Of a DNA stretch of 64,000 nt, positions 46,235 through 55,945 are shown piece after piece; the first letter of the stretch is position 1; each line of letters begins with the position of its first letter. This stretch comes from Clostridia bacterium. Its GTDB lineage: Bacteria; Bacillota; Clostridia; UMGS1883. The stretch is from contig JBJDXJ010000026.1 in assembly GCA_051866635.1 (NCBI GenBank), forward strand, positions 32,001-96,000, in the 5' to 3' direction. Both the position numbers and the translations under genes were made by a program. The notes under the pieces were generated by a model that was not told the origin of the DNA, searched no databases, and was given only the letters and a program-made list of their open reading frames with translations.

Positions 46235-46287
46235 TCTCTCACATCCTAATATTTATATGTCTATTATCTCATAATAAACTTGTTTTG

Positions 46288-47388
46288 TCAACGCATCGGC
46301 AAATCACCTTTAAGTTTTCTTCGCCTTATCCGTCTGACCTTATTTATATGCCTTTCAAAATCTCCGTTATTGATCAGTTCAGTTAACAGATATTGCTCAA
46401 ACACAGGAACCGTACAGGAAAAAAATCCAAGCTTATCAAAAAAATCTTCAACATACTTCTCTGGTAAGACCATGTACCCTACACGCATGGAAGGTGCTAT
46501 TGTTTTTGAAAAAGTGTTGATGTATATAACTCTTTCGCTGTTAAAAGAAAACAGAGTATCTTCACTTTTCTTTAAAACAGTAAACTCCGATTCAAAATCG
46601 TCTTCAATAATAACAGCATTTCTGTTTTTAGCCCATTTTATATACTCCGCCCTTTTTGATGCACTGGCTGTAACACCGCTTGGGAAGCTCGAAAATGGGG
46701 TTACGTGCAAAACCTTGGCATTTGTTCTTTTTAATTCACTTGTAAGTACGCCATCTATACCCAGCTTTAACAAATCGCACTGTGCACCGTTTGCCTTGTA
46801 TACGGCTTGTATCTTCTCGTATGAAGGGTCTTCAATGCCGTAAATTTTGTCACGGCCTATAAACTGTACAATCATACTGTATAAATATTCTGCACCTGAA
46901 CCTATCACAATCTGCTCCGGTGTAACATTTATCCCCTTGCCTCTCAGCAAATAATCGCTTATTGCCTGTCTTAATACCAAACAGCCGGCATTTGGAGACT
47001 TAACTAAAATTTTGTCAGAGTATTTACTTATTACCGCCCTCATTGTTTTGGCAAAAACAGAAAAGGGGAATTCATCATCTGTATGATAATATGCCTGTTC
47101 ACTGTCAAATATAGTTTCATGTGCTTCTCCCACAGGAACAACTTCATCTTTCTGATATATGACATAATAGCCCTTTCGCTCTTTTGCCTCAATATACCCC
47201 TCATCGCATAATATTGCATATGCATGTTCCACAGTAATCACACTTGTAAAGCATTCCTCTGCAAGTATCCTTTTTGAGGGAAGCTTGTCACCTATCTTGT
47301 ATACACCATTTACTATATCCTCTCTTAATTGAAGATAAAGCTGCATATATGCACTTTGTTTTGAAAATAAATCTATTGAATATTTCAT
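46288..47388 (-). CDS. MocR/GabR-family PLP-dependent regulator (PdxR-like, short form)
   Basis: GntR wHTH (KLPSKR...TVEHAY) plus AAT-like domain (IEDDFESE, TFSKT). Confidence 0.88.
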   Translation of the reverse strand: MKYSIDLFSKQSAYMQLYLQLREDIVNGVYKIGDKLPSKRILAEECFTSVITVEHAYAILCDEGYIEAKERKGYYVIYQKDEVVPVGEAHETIFDSEQAYYHTDDEFPFSVFAKTMRAVISKYSDKILVKSPNAGCLVLRQAISDYLLRGKGINVTPEQIVIGSGAEYLYSMIVQFIGRDKIYGIEDPSYEKIQAVYKANGAQCDLLKLGIDGVLTSELKRTNAKVLHVTPFSSFPSGVTASASKRAEYIKWAKNRNAVIIEDDFESEFTVLKKSEDTLFSFNSERVIYINTFSKTIAPSMRVGYMVLPEKYVEDFFDKLGFFSCTVPVFEQYLLTELINNGDFERHINKVRRIRRRKLKGDLPMR

Positions 47389-47389
47389 C

Positions 47390-47428
47390 TGGTTATATAA
47401 AAAACTCCTTTTTTGGCAATTGTTATAT
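47390..47428. promoter_or_regulatory. candidate MocR operator direct repeats
   Basis: TGGTTATAT and TTGTTATAT 30 bp apart in the divergent intergenic region. Confidence 0.45.
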
Positions 47429-47478
47429 GTTCAGTTTTATTATATCCTTTTTTCATCAAATTGTAAAGGAGATTTATC

Positions 47479-47973
47479 ATGAATTCAAAAACAAAGAAAT
47501 TAGTAATGGCAGCACTTTTTGCAGCCCTTGCATGTGTTGCAACAATGGTTATCAAAATCCCCACCCCAACAAAAGGTTATCTTAACTTAGGTGACTGTAT
47601 TGTTTTACTTTCAGGTTGGCTCCTGCCGCCCTTTTACTCTTTCCTTGCGGCAGGCATCGGTTCTGCATTGGCAGATCTTTTTTCAGGTTACATAATTTAC
47701 GCTCCCGTAACGTTTATTATTAAAGGCTTAATGGCAATTTGTGCACATTTCGTTTTTAAGGCTTTAAGTAACATAAACGGCACACTTTCAAGAATTATCA
47801 GTGCTGTAGCGGCTGAAATTATAATGGTATTGGGTTATTACTTATTTGAAGGTATTCTCTATGGATTTATTCCGTCCGTTGCAGGCATTCCCATGAATAT
47901 AGCACAGGGTGTTGCAGGATTGATTTTAGGTGTAATCCTTGTTCAGGTTTTCAAAAAGTTCAGTATTGACTAA
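47479..47973 (+). CDS. ECF transporter S component (probably vitamin B6)
   Basis: GYLNLGD and AAGIGSALADL..GY..YAP.TFIIK motifs; divergent from a PLP-binding regulator. Confidence 0.85.
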   Translation: MNSKTKKLVMAALFAALACVATMVIKIPTPTKGYLNLGDCIVLLSGWLLPPFYSFLAAGIGSALADLFSGYIIYAPVTFIIKGLMAICAHFVFKALSNINGTLSRIISAVAAEIIMVLGYYLFEGILYGFIPSVAGIPMNIAQGVAGLILGVILVQVFKKFSID

Positions 47974-47987
47974 ATAATTTTACACCG

Positions 47988-48170
47988 AATAACAAAGGGG
48001 CTTAAAAAAAGTCTCTGATAAATAAGTTAAGACCATTTGGGACAGTCCCCCTTTGTCAAATTGGGAGACAATTTGCCAAAGAAACCTTGCTAGGTTTTGT
48101 TGGGACAGTCCCGAAATGGTCTTTTTGTTATCTCAGTGCTGACTTTTTTTAAAGCCCGTTTTCTTTTATT
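47988..48170. mobile_element. palindromic MITE/REP-like element, copy 2
   Basis: IRs GGGCTTAAAAAAAGTC / GACTTTTTTTAAAGCCC; near-identical to 37385-37566. Confidence 0.75.
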
Positions 48171-51100
48171 CTGCTTTTAAATCTAACTTACATGTAAATG
48201 TCAAAGATTTGTCGTATCTCTTTTTATAAGTTTCCACTACAACTTTTTCGTCATACTTATAAGTAAACTCCATTTCTTCACCATTGTAAATAACTTTTAT
48301 GGGCTTTGTGCAATCAATAAATGACTCATTTACATAAATTGCATCCACATCTCCTGTTACAATAAACGTATTTCCATTTCTCTCAACTGTCACCATACCT
48401 TCATTTGCCGCACTTTCCACATAATAGAATAAATCGTCCTTTTTAAGTGACATATTCCATTCAATTTTTTCAGGGTATGGGTTACGTGTATGTTTACTTA
48501 CAAGCCTTATTGCATTGGTGTCTTTATATGTACCATCTGTTATTAGTTGCATATTTGAACCGTTATCCACAAAATTATGGGGCTTGTTTTTATGGATAAA
48601 TACCCCTGCAACATTTTCATTTTCACCATATTTTACAGTTTCTTCATTTCTGCCATAGCTATCATCCAGTTCACCGCACTGAAGATAAAGGGGCATATTC
48701 TTAACATTTGTCAAATCTACACCGTTAGGATGTCCCGCACTCATATTCGCTGCGGCAAAAAAGTCCGCCATACGTGCAGTTATCTGATAAACACCGTCAC
48801 CGCCTGCACTGTAACCTACAAGATAAATTCTGTCAGGGTTGATGTTATAGTAAATTGAAAGGTTTTCAAGAAGCCTCATGTAGCAGTAATAGCTTTCAGG
48901 ATTAAAATGTGTGTCCCATGTATCACGCACACCACGGGGTGCAATGTAAATACCACATTCAACACTGCCCTTATAATAAGTTTGCATAGCTTTCCACTGG
49001 GAGTCATTCAAATCCGGAGTATCACTGCCTCCACCACCGTGAAGGGCAATGTAAACAGGGTACCCCTCAAGAGGTTCTACACCCATCACATTCATTGTGT
49101 ACTTCATGGTAACATCGCCGCAGACTATCGCCTTATCGTTAAATTCCTTTATTCGTTCAGGGTTTTCCCTTTCCTCGGCTCTTATTTCTTCAATTATACA
49201 GTTCATTTTCATACCATCTTCCGTAGTGGCAAACAGTGCTAAATAGTTTTCAAAATCTTCATATGTAAGCTTTTTTGTACTGTTTGGTATATTTTCCCAC
49301 GCATCTTCTTTTCCTATTACACGATTCATGAAAATTGTCACTTCACCTTTAGTTATACATCTGTCAGGTTCAAAGTTACCATTCTCTGTACCCTTTGCAA
49401 TACCCATTTCAAAAGCCTTGTTTATATAACCGTTATCAGTATCGTTAAAAGCCTTTACGTCACTTTCGCCAAGACCGGCTTTTTTCATAATACTTGTAAG
49501 TGCTTCTTCACGTGATACATAATACCACTTATCCATTATTCTGTCATATTCCTCTTTGTCTAACGCCAAAAATCCACCGTGTTTACTGCCTGTGGGCATT
49601 GTAATTGAATCTGTAGCCTTTGTGAAGTTACCCGATGCAATGCAGGTTGTTAAATAAGGCACGTAAACAGAATAATCATCAACCATCAGTGCATATGTGT
49701 CATCAGTTCCTTTAACAATAAAGCTTCCGGGTCCTTCACCGGCAGGGCGTGTAAAGTTTTCAACAATCGTGTAAGGACCGGATGCATGGTCGCTTACCAT
49801 CATTTCAATATGACCCGACTGTTTGTAGAAATGATAAAACTTCCCATCGTGTGCCTGAATTATGTTAGAGTCAATTGCCCATATTCTTTCGCCGTTTTCA
49901 TCCATAGGTGCAACAAAAACCTCAGGTTCGCTGAAAGAACGAAAATCACGTGTTCTTGCAACATACACCGTATCACCGGGGTTTTCAAGGGTTAAGTCCT
50001 TACCTGATGCGTACACAAGGTATTCTTCTGTGTCAGGGTCCCAGATTGCCTCCGGTGCCCATGCACAGCCTATATCATCATTTGCAAACTTAACCATTCT
50101 CTGCTCAGACCAGTTTATTAAATCGTCACTTTCCCATACCATTAAATACTTACTGCCTGAAAGGCTCCAAGGTCCCCAACCCTGACCGTCCTTTGTATTA
50201 AGGTCAGTTGCAAGAAGATAAAACCTATCATTGTTGTGGCTTCTTAAAAGATAAGGGTCACGAAGTTCATATGTACCCATTTGGGATGTAAGTATAGGCT
50301 TATTATCATTCAAGTCAAACCAATTATAACCGTCCTCACTTGCGGCAATATGAATGGATAAGTGTTCATCACTGCCGTCTACATAGCCACGGAAATATAC
50401 GTAAAAATAACCTACAGTTTCGCCTACACTCTCGCTCTTTTTAATTACAGTAACAGGGATATCCTTGCTTAAACTTTTGCCATCTTCAAAAGAAACTGTT
50501 GCAGTAAGTGTTACCTTTGTATCTTCCTCACCACGTGTAACCTTACCCTTAGGTATTACATAATCACCGTTAGGAATATCTTTGGTACATATAACATTTT
50601 CATCTGATGAAATCCATGAAACATTGTAGCCGTAAACTTCATCAGGGAGATTTAAGTTTTCTTTTATGGCTTCACTGCCACCGATTTCCAAAGCTTTTAA
50701 GATGTCATCTTCTGTTATTTCCCACTTAGGCATCACTGCGTCCTTAGAAATCTCCTCATCGGATAAAGCCTTGTTATAAAAGGTAATAGTGTCAACATAT
50801 GCATTAAGTTTAGGGTCTGAGGAAAACTGGCTGTTGCCGATAAAATTGTTAAAAGTATCACCTAAATCGTCAAGGGTGTATTCACATTCCTTTTCGGCAC
50901 ACTTTTCACCGTTTACAAAAATCGTTAATGTTTTACCCTCCTGTTTTACGGCAACATGAACCCAACTATTAACTTTTGTCACGTTTTCAGCATCGACATT
51001 CCATTCGTCCATACCGTTTATTTTATAAGCAACCCTCAAATTTTTAGTGTCAGACGGTATGCCGAAGAAAACATAGTTATCGGTGCCTGTACCAAAATCA

Positions 51101-51396
51101 AAAATTCTCTGCCACCCCTTTTGTAAACCTGTCATTTTTATTCTGGCGGTAAATGTATAATCCTTAACACCTTTTGTTATATTATAAGGCACTTTCACAT
51201 AGCTTGTACCACCGTTAAACCATGCATATTTACCCATAGACACGTCTTCAAACATGGTAAGCTTATAACCCTCGTATTCCATATCTTTATCAAAATCCAA
51301 AGAATATATAACCGAATTTTCCATAACGTTTGCCGATACATCTACGGCACCTATAAGCATACACGATGCAAGCAAACTTGCTATAATTTTCCTCAT
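48166..51396 (-). CDS. secreted LamG + Ig-like + GH43 + SLH + alpha/beta-hydrolase (esterase) fusion
   Basis: GH43 motifs LRDP, ATDL, WAPE, ID and EGP; SLH-like GNFEPDRCITKGE; esterase LHGGG, GYSAGG, GELD and H. Confidence 0.85.
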   Translation of the reverse strand: MRKIIASLLASCMLIGAVDVSANVMENSVIYSLDFDKDMEYEGYKLTMFEDVSMGKYAWFNGGTSYVKVPYNITKGVKDYTFTARIKMTGLQKGWQRIFDFGTGTDNYVFFGIPSDTKNLRVAYKINGMDEWNVDAENVTKVNSWVHVAVKQEGKTLTIFVNGEKCAEKECEYTLDDLGDTFNNFIGNSQFSSDPKLNAYVDTITFYNKALSDEEISKDAVMPKWEITEDDILKALEIGGSEAIKENLNLPDEVYGYNVSWISSDENVICTKDIPNGDYVIPKGKVTRGEEDTKVTLTATVSFEDGKSLSKDIPVTVIKKSESVGETVGYFYVYFRGYVDGSDEHLSIHIAASEDGYNWFDLNDNKPILTSQMGTYELRDPYLLRSHNNDRFYLLATDLNTKDGQGWGPWSLSGSKYLMVWESDDLINWSEQRMVKFANDDIGCAWAPEAIWDPDTEEYLVYASGKDLTLENPGDTVYVARTRDFRSFSEPEVFVAPMDENGERIWAIDSNIIQAHDGKFYHFYKQSGHIEMMVSDHASGPYTIVENFTRPAGEGPGSFIVKGTDDTYALMVDDYSVYVPYLTTCIASGNFTKATDSITMPTGSKHGGFLALDKEEYDRIMDKWYYVSREEALTSIMKKAGLGESDVKAFNDTDNGYINKAFEMGIAKGTENGNFEPDRCITKGEVTIFMNRVIGKEDAWENIPNSTKKLTYEDFENYLALFATTEDGMKMNCIIEEIRAEERENPERIKEFNDKAIVCGDVTMKYTMNVMGVEPLEGYPVYIALHGGGGSDTPDLNDSQWKAMQTYYKGSVECGIYIAPRGVRDTWDTHFNPESYYCYMRLLENLSIYYNINPDRIYLVGYSAGGDGVYQITARMADFFAAANMSAGHPNGVDLTNVKNMPLYLQCGELDDSYGRNEETVKYGENENVAGVFIHKNKPHNFVDNGSNMQLITDGTYKDTNAIRLVSKHTRNPYPEKIEWNMSLKKDDLFYYVESAANEGMVTVERNGNTFIVTGDVDAIYVNESFIDCTKPIKVIYNGEEMEFTYKYDEKVVVETYKKRYDKSLTFTCKLDLKAE

Positions 51397-51426
51397 AAAA
51401 ACCCTCCCGTTAATCTTATCACAATC

Positions 51427-51457
51427 TAAACAAGGTGCGAAAATCGCACCTTGTTTA
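51427..51457 (-). terminator. intrinsic terminator hairpin
   Basis: TAAACAAGGTGCGA-AAA-TCGCACCTTGTTTA. Confidence 0.7.
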
Positions 51458-51461
51458 TGTT

Positions 51462-54400
51462 TTATTCTACTGTTATTGAATCAATGTAGGGTATCATGCC
51501 GGAAACCGAATTCCAAAGCATTACCTTTACGTTTTCTGTTGTAACATCAGCTTCAAATGCAGTATTTACAATCTGAACGGCTTTTGCACTCATAAGTGTA
51601 CCGTCTGCATCATAGCTTGCAACAATAACAACGCTTTCGCCTAAAGCTTCTTCACTTATAACATTACCTGTTACCTTACCTTCACTAAGAATAACATTTT
51701 CAAATCTGATTGCACTAGGCAAGATAACTTCAAGGTCTGTAACCTTAAGTAAACCTTCTGTAGTAACGCCATTACCTGCATAAACCATAATTTTGCCCAA
51801 ATCATCACAGGTTGCACTTGTACGCATTGTAAAGTTGTTTGCAATAGTTTTCGTTACGCCGTCAACTTCAACAAAAACGGAGTACTTCTTATTTGCAATA
51901 TCAACCTCTATTGTAAAAGGATATGTCTTGTCTGCCTCGTAGCTTACTGTTTCTGTCTTTTGATAGCTATTAGCATTATACGCATCAAACACACCGTCTT
52001 TTGTGACTCTCACGTAAATAGGCATATGACCGTATGCTGTAGGTGTAACATCCTTATCACCGAAAGACACACCTGCGTCAATTTTTTCCTGTGCGGCAGT
52101 AAGGTCAAACTTATATGTAACAGTTTTTGTTGCAACGGGGATATTATATGTCTTCCACTTGGATTCAAGTGTACTTGTAAGATAGCTTGTAACCGGTTTT
52201 ACCAAAAGCACATATTCCTTAACATATTCTGTATCACCGTAAACAAATGTACCGGTAAGTGTTACTTTCTTAACACCTTCTTCGGGAACATTTACAGTGC
52301 CATCAAGTGCGATAATGCTTTCATCGCTACTTGCCCAAGTAATGTGGCTTCCGTAAGTACCTACAGAAGGAAGTGTGATATTGCCTGTAACATAATTCAC
52401 ATCACAACCGAAGGAAATTGATTCTGCATCAAGCTGTGCCAGTTCGTCACTGGCATATCCTGCACCTTCTGCAATTTCACCGTTTGTTAAAGCACGGTAG
52501 TAAAGCTTTACATTATCAAACTCACCCTTGAAGTAAGGGTCAGCTGAGAACATACTCTTACCAAGATATGCACTTAAGCCATCTTCTGCAAGATGGTAAA
52601 CTGTCTTTGTCATGGCATCGTTCTTAGCAACCTGTGCACCGTCTTTATAAATAGTAATTGAATCCGGTGTTACAACCAGGTCAATATGCATCCATGTATC
52701 CGTAAGTGAGCCAAGATCATTTGAAATAGCCTTTTCTTCATAGCTCCATCCTGAAATAGTAAGAGCACTACGCATTGTTGTGTCGTTAATCTTGAAAAAT
52801 GCATACTGCTCCTCACCTGTGCCTAAGCTGAAGGTCATATTAGACTGAGGTGAGTTGTCATTTTTAACATCAAAGGAAAGTGTAAATGTGCTCTGACGGT
52901 CAAAAATGCCTTCGGGGAATTCAAAGTAAGAATTTTCACCGTCCAAAACAAGTACATTGCTTTCTCTTTCTTCGCTGTATTCAATCTTTGCATTACCCTT
53001 AAGATACGCTGATGCATCTTCTTCAAAATCGTAAGAATATTTTGCAGCTGTACCCTCTTCATCTACCTGGGGATTGCCCCACTTTTCCATTACTCTTGCA
53101 TACTCTTCTGCATTTATGGGCAAAAATCCGCCGTGCTTACTGCCTGTAGGCATCTTAACTGTGCCACTGCCTGCTCTGAATATACCGGAGGCAATATCAT
53201 CTGTAAGATAAGGCACATAAACAGAATAGTTATCAATCATCAAACAGTACTGATTTTCTGTACCCTTTACAAGGAAGCTACCGGGACCTTCACCACCTAT
53301 GGGCGTGTAGCCGGGGACTTCTTCCCAAGGGCCTGATGCATGGTCAGAAACAAGCATCTGCACAACGCTGTTGTACTTTTTATAGAAATGATAGAACTTA
53401 CCGTCATTCGCCTGAATAATATTAGAGTCGATAGCCGCAATACGCCTTGTACCTTCACCGTATGTTGTTACGCCGTTATCCTCAAAGGGGCGAACGAAAT
53501 ATTCAGGTTCTGTAAATGTTCTGAAATCACGGGTTCTTACAACATATACAGTATCGATTGCACTGCTTCCCAATGTCAAATCCTTGCCTGATGCATACAC
53601 AAGATATTCTTCTGTGTCAGGGTCCCAGGTTGCCTCAGGTGCCCATGCACAGCCTATATCATCGTTTGCAAATTTAACCATTCTCTGTTCAGACCAGTTT
53701 ACCAAATCGTCAGATTCCCAAATCATAAGGTACTTACTGCCCTCTAGGCTCCAAGGACCCCAACCCTGACCATCCTGTGTATTAAGGTCAGTTGCGATAA
53801 GGTAAAATCTGTCGCCGTCTTTACTGCGGAGTAAGTATGGGTCACGGAGACACTGTGTACCCATTGTGGATTCCAAAATGGGCCAGTTACCGTTAAGGTC
53901 AAACCACTCATAACTGTCTTCACTGCCTGCAAGGTGAATTGAAAGCCTTTCGGGACTACCGTTTACATTACCACGAAAATATACGTAAAGATATGCTTCT
54001 GTTTCGCCAACAGGCTGGGGCTTTGCAATTATATTACAGTCAATATCCTTTGTGAGGATTGTACCGTTATAATCAACCGAAGCTGTAAGAGTAACAACTG
54101 TATCTTCATCGCCTCTTGTTACTTTGCCCTTGGGAATAACATAGTCGCCGTTTTCAATATCATAAGGATAAACAATTTCTTCGTTGCTACTTGCCCATGT
54201 AACAGGATAGCCCAAGGCTTCTGTCTGAAGTGTAACATTTTCCTTAACGCTGTCCTTTACGGGGATATCAATTGCATCAAGAATTGTTTCCTCTGTTATA
54301 ACAGGTTCGGGGAAAGTAGCCATAGTAGCAATTTCATCTTCGCTGAACGCTCTCTTTGCAAAAACAAGCTCATCAAGGTAAGCATTGAGATAAGGGTCGC

Positions 54401-54989
54401 CGCTAAACTGGCTTCTGCCGATGTAGTTAGTTGCAGTATTTCCCATAGCATCAAGAGTACTTGAAAGGTCAGTTGTAGCCATAGCCTTACCATCAACATA
54501 AACTGTACCTACATTTCCCTCCTGAACAAATGCAATGTGCATCCATTTGTTTTTACTTACAACACCCTCTGCCGTTGCCCTCTGTTCATTTCCTCCGCTA
54601 ACCTTTACAGCACCGCGGATGTCTGTTGTTGTGTAAGGTATGCCCAAAAATGCATAGCTTTCCGTGCCGTTACCTAAGTCAAACACTCTCTGCCAGCCCT
54701 TTGTTGTGCCGGTAACCTTCACCCAAGCCGCCATAGTAAAATCCGACACACCTTTTGTGATATTGTCGGGAAGGTGGATATAGCTTGTGGAACCGTTGAA
54801 CCATGCACATTTGCCGTACACGCCTTCGTCTAAAACTGATAAATTGTAGCCTGTACTTCCTTCGGGAAGCTCTTCGTCAAAGCTTATGTAAAAAACTGTG
54901 TCGTCATCTGCTGTGTATTCTCCGGCAAAAGCGGGAACAGCCGAAACAAGCATACATAAGCTCAGTAAAACTGATAAAAACTTTTTCAT
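51462..54989 (-). CDS. secreted LamG + Ig-like + GH43 + LamG + Ig-like multidomain arabinofuranosidase-like protein
   Basis: signal peptide; same GH43 motifs as the neighbouring gene; two LamG domains (DPYLNAYLDE, DPYFKGEFDN). Confidence 0.87.
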   Translation of the reverse strand: MKKFLSVLLSLCMLVSAVPAFAGEYTADDDTVFYISFDEELPEGSTGYNLSVLDEGVYGKCAWFNGSTSYIHLPDNITKGVSDFTMAAWVKVTGTTKGWQRVFDLGNGTESYAFLGIPYTTTDIRGAVKVSGGNEQRATAEGVVSKNKWMHIAFVQEGNVGTVYVDGKAMATTDLSSTLDAMGNTATNYIGRSQFSGDPYLNAYLDELVFAKRAFSEDEIATMATFPEPVITEETILDAIDIPVKDSVKENVTLQTEALGYPVTWASSNEEIVYPYDIENGDYVIPKGKVTRGDEDTVVTLTASVDYNGTILTKDIDCNIIAKPQPVGETEAYLYVYFRGNVNGSPERLSIHLAGSEDSYEWFDLNGNWPILESTMGTQCLRDPYLLRSKDGDRFYLIATDLNTQDGQGWGPWSLEGSKYLMIWESDDLVNWSEQRMVKFANDDIGCAWAPEATWDPDTEEYLVYASGKDLTLGSSAIDTVYVVRTRDFRTFTEPEYFVRPFEDNGVTTYGEGTRRIAAIDSNIIQANDGKFYHFYKKYNSVVQMLVSDHASGPWEEVPGYTPIGGEGPGSFLVKGTENQYCLMIDNYSVYVPYLTDDIASGIFRAGSGTVKMPTGSKHGGFLPINAEEYARVMEKWGNPQVDEEGTAAKYSYDFEEDASAYLKGNAKIEYSEERESNVLVLDGENSYFEFPEGIFDRQSTFTLSFDVKNDNSPQSNMTFSLGTGEEQYAFFKINDTTMRSALTISGWSYEEKAISNDLGSLTDTWMHIDLVVTPDSITIYKDGAQVAKNDAMTKTVYHLAEDGLSAYLGKSMFSADPYFKGEFDNVKLYYRALTNGEIAEGAGYASDELAQLDAESISFGCDVNYVTGNITLPSVGTYGSHITWASSDESIIALDGTVNVPEEGVKKVTLTGTFVYGDTEYVKEYVLLVKPVTSYLTSTLESKWKTYNIPVATKTVTYKFDLTAAQEKIDAGVSFGDKDVTPTAYGHMPIYVRVTKDGVFDAYNANSYQKTETVSYEADKTYPFTIEVDIANKKYSVFVEVDGVTKTIANNFTMRTSATCDDLGKIMVYAGNGVTTEGLLKVTDLEVILPSAIRFENVILSEGKVTGNVISEEALGESVVIVASYDADGTLMSAKAVQIVNTAFEADVTTENVKVMLWNSVSGMIPYIDSITVE

Positions 54990-55119
54990 TTTTATCCTCC
55001 TTTATACAAAAACTTTATTATATATTACCAAATAAGGCTACCTATTTCAATATATTTTCGTATATTTTTATTGCATTTTTGTATGCGGCATTATATAATC
55101 GATACGGGGAGGTGACACA

Positions 55120-55890
55120 ATGGATATTATTTCGTTAAAAAAAGCCGGATATAATCTTTCGGAGCCTGAAAACATCCATTTCCACTGGGTATGCCCGGAA
55201 TACACCCTTATTTATTTTCAAGGACCCGCAATTATAAAAGGCAGTGAAATTAATTCAGGAGCGTGTATATTATATCCTGCAAATTCATTGCACGATTATA
55301 TTTCACTTAAGGGTTTCAGAAACAGTTATATAAGATTTAATGCACCAAAGGAGCTTTTTTCATCCTTAAACATTGAAACGGACAAAGTTTTTTACCCCAA
55401 CAACTGCGAAGAGATAAACGGCATTATAAGCAAAATACTTGACATAAATGTACGCCAAGGCATTGGATATAAGCACGAAATTGCCGCATCAATAATAAAG
55501 CTGATGGTGTCCGTTGCCCGTGGACTTCAAAGTGAAGGTTTAATTATCAATGCAGACATGCAAAGAAACATCGGTCTTATCCGAAGTGAGTTTTTATCGG
55601 ATATCATCTCTCCTTCCGACATTGATTTTTTGTTTGAAAAATACTCCGTCCCAAGGTATATGGGATATAAACTTTATAAAGAAGTTTTTCACACAACACC
55701 AAGGGAAGATTTGATTTTAACACGTTTAGAAAGGTCAAAAGAGCTTTTACGCCGTAACCCGACACTTAAAATCTGCATTATTGCCGAAGCATGTGGTTTT
55801 AATAATATTCCCCACTTTTTCCGCACCTTCAAACGCCGCTACGGCTGTACACCAAAGGAGTACATGGAAAAGCATAAAAACAAAATTTAG
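55120..55890 (+). CDS. AraC family transcriptional regulator
   Basis: C-terminal [25 protein letters not shown]; divergent from the GH43 pair. Confidence 0.9.
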   Translation: MDIISLKKAGYNLSEPENIHFHWVCPEYTLIYFQGPAIIKGSEINSGACILYPANSLHDYISLKGFRNSYIRFNAPKELFSSLNIETDKVFYPNNCEEINGIISKILDINVRQGIGYKHEIAASIIKLMVSVARGLQSEGLIINADMQRNIGLIRSEFLSDIISPSDIDFLFEKYSVPRYMGYKLYKEVFHTTPREDLILTRLERSKELLRRNPTLKICIIAEACGFNNIPHFFRTFKRRYGCTPKEYMEKHKNKI

Positions 55891-55891
55891 G

Positions 55892-55928
55892 TTATAAAAA
55901 AAGTGCGATGACTCGCACTTTTTTATAA
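55892..55928. terminator. bidirectional terminator
   Basis: TTATAAAAAAAGTGCGA-TGAC-TCGCACTTTTTTATAA. Confidence 0.85.
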
Positions 55929-55945
55929 TTCTTTAGTTTTCAAAA

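Noticed and set aside
37385-48170. CRISPR array suggested by repeated GGGACAGTCCC palindromes
   Set aside because: There is no regular repeat-spacer periodicity and no cas gene; the motifs are internal to two dispersed elements.
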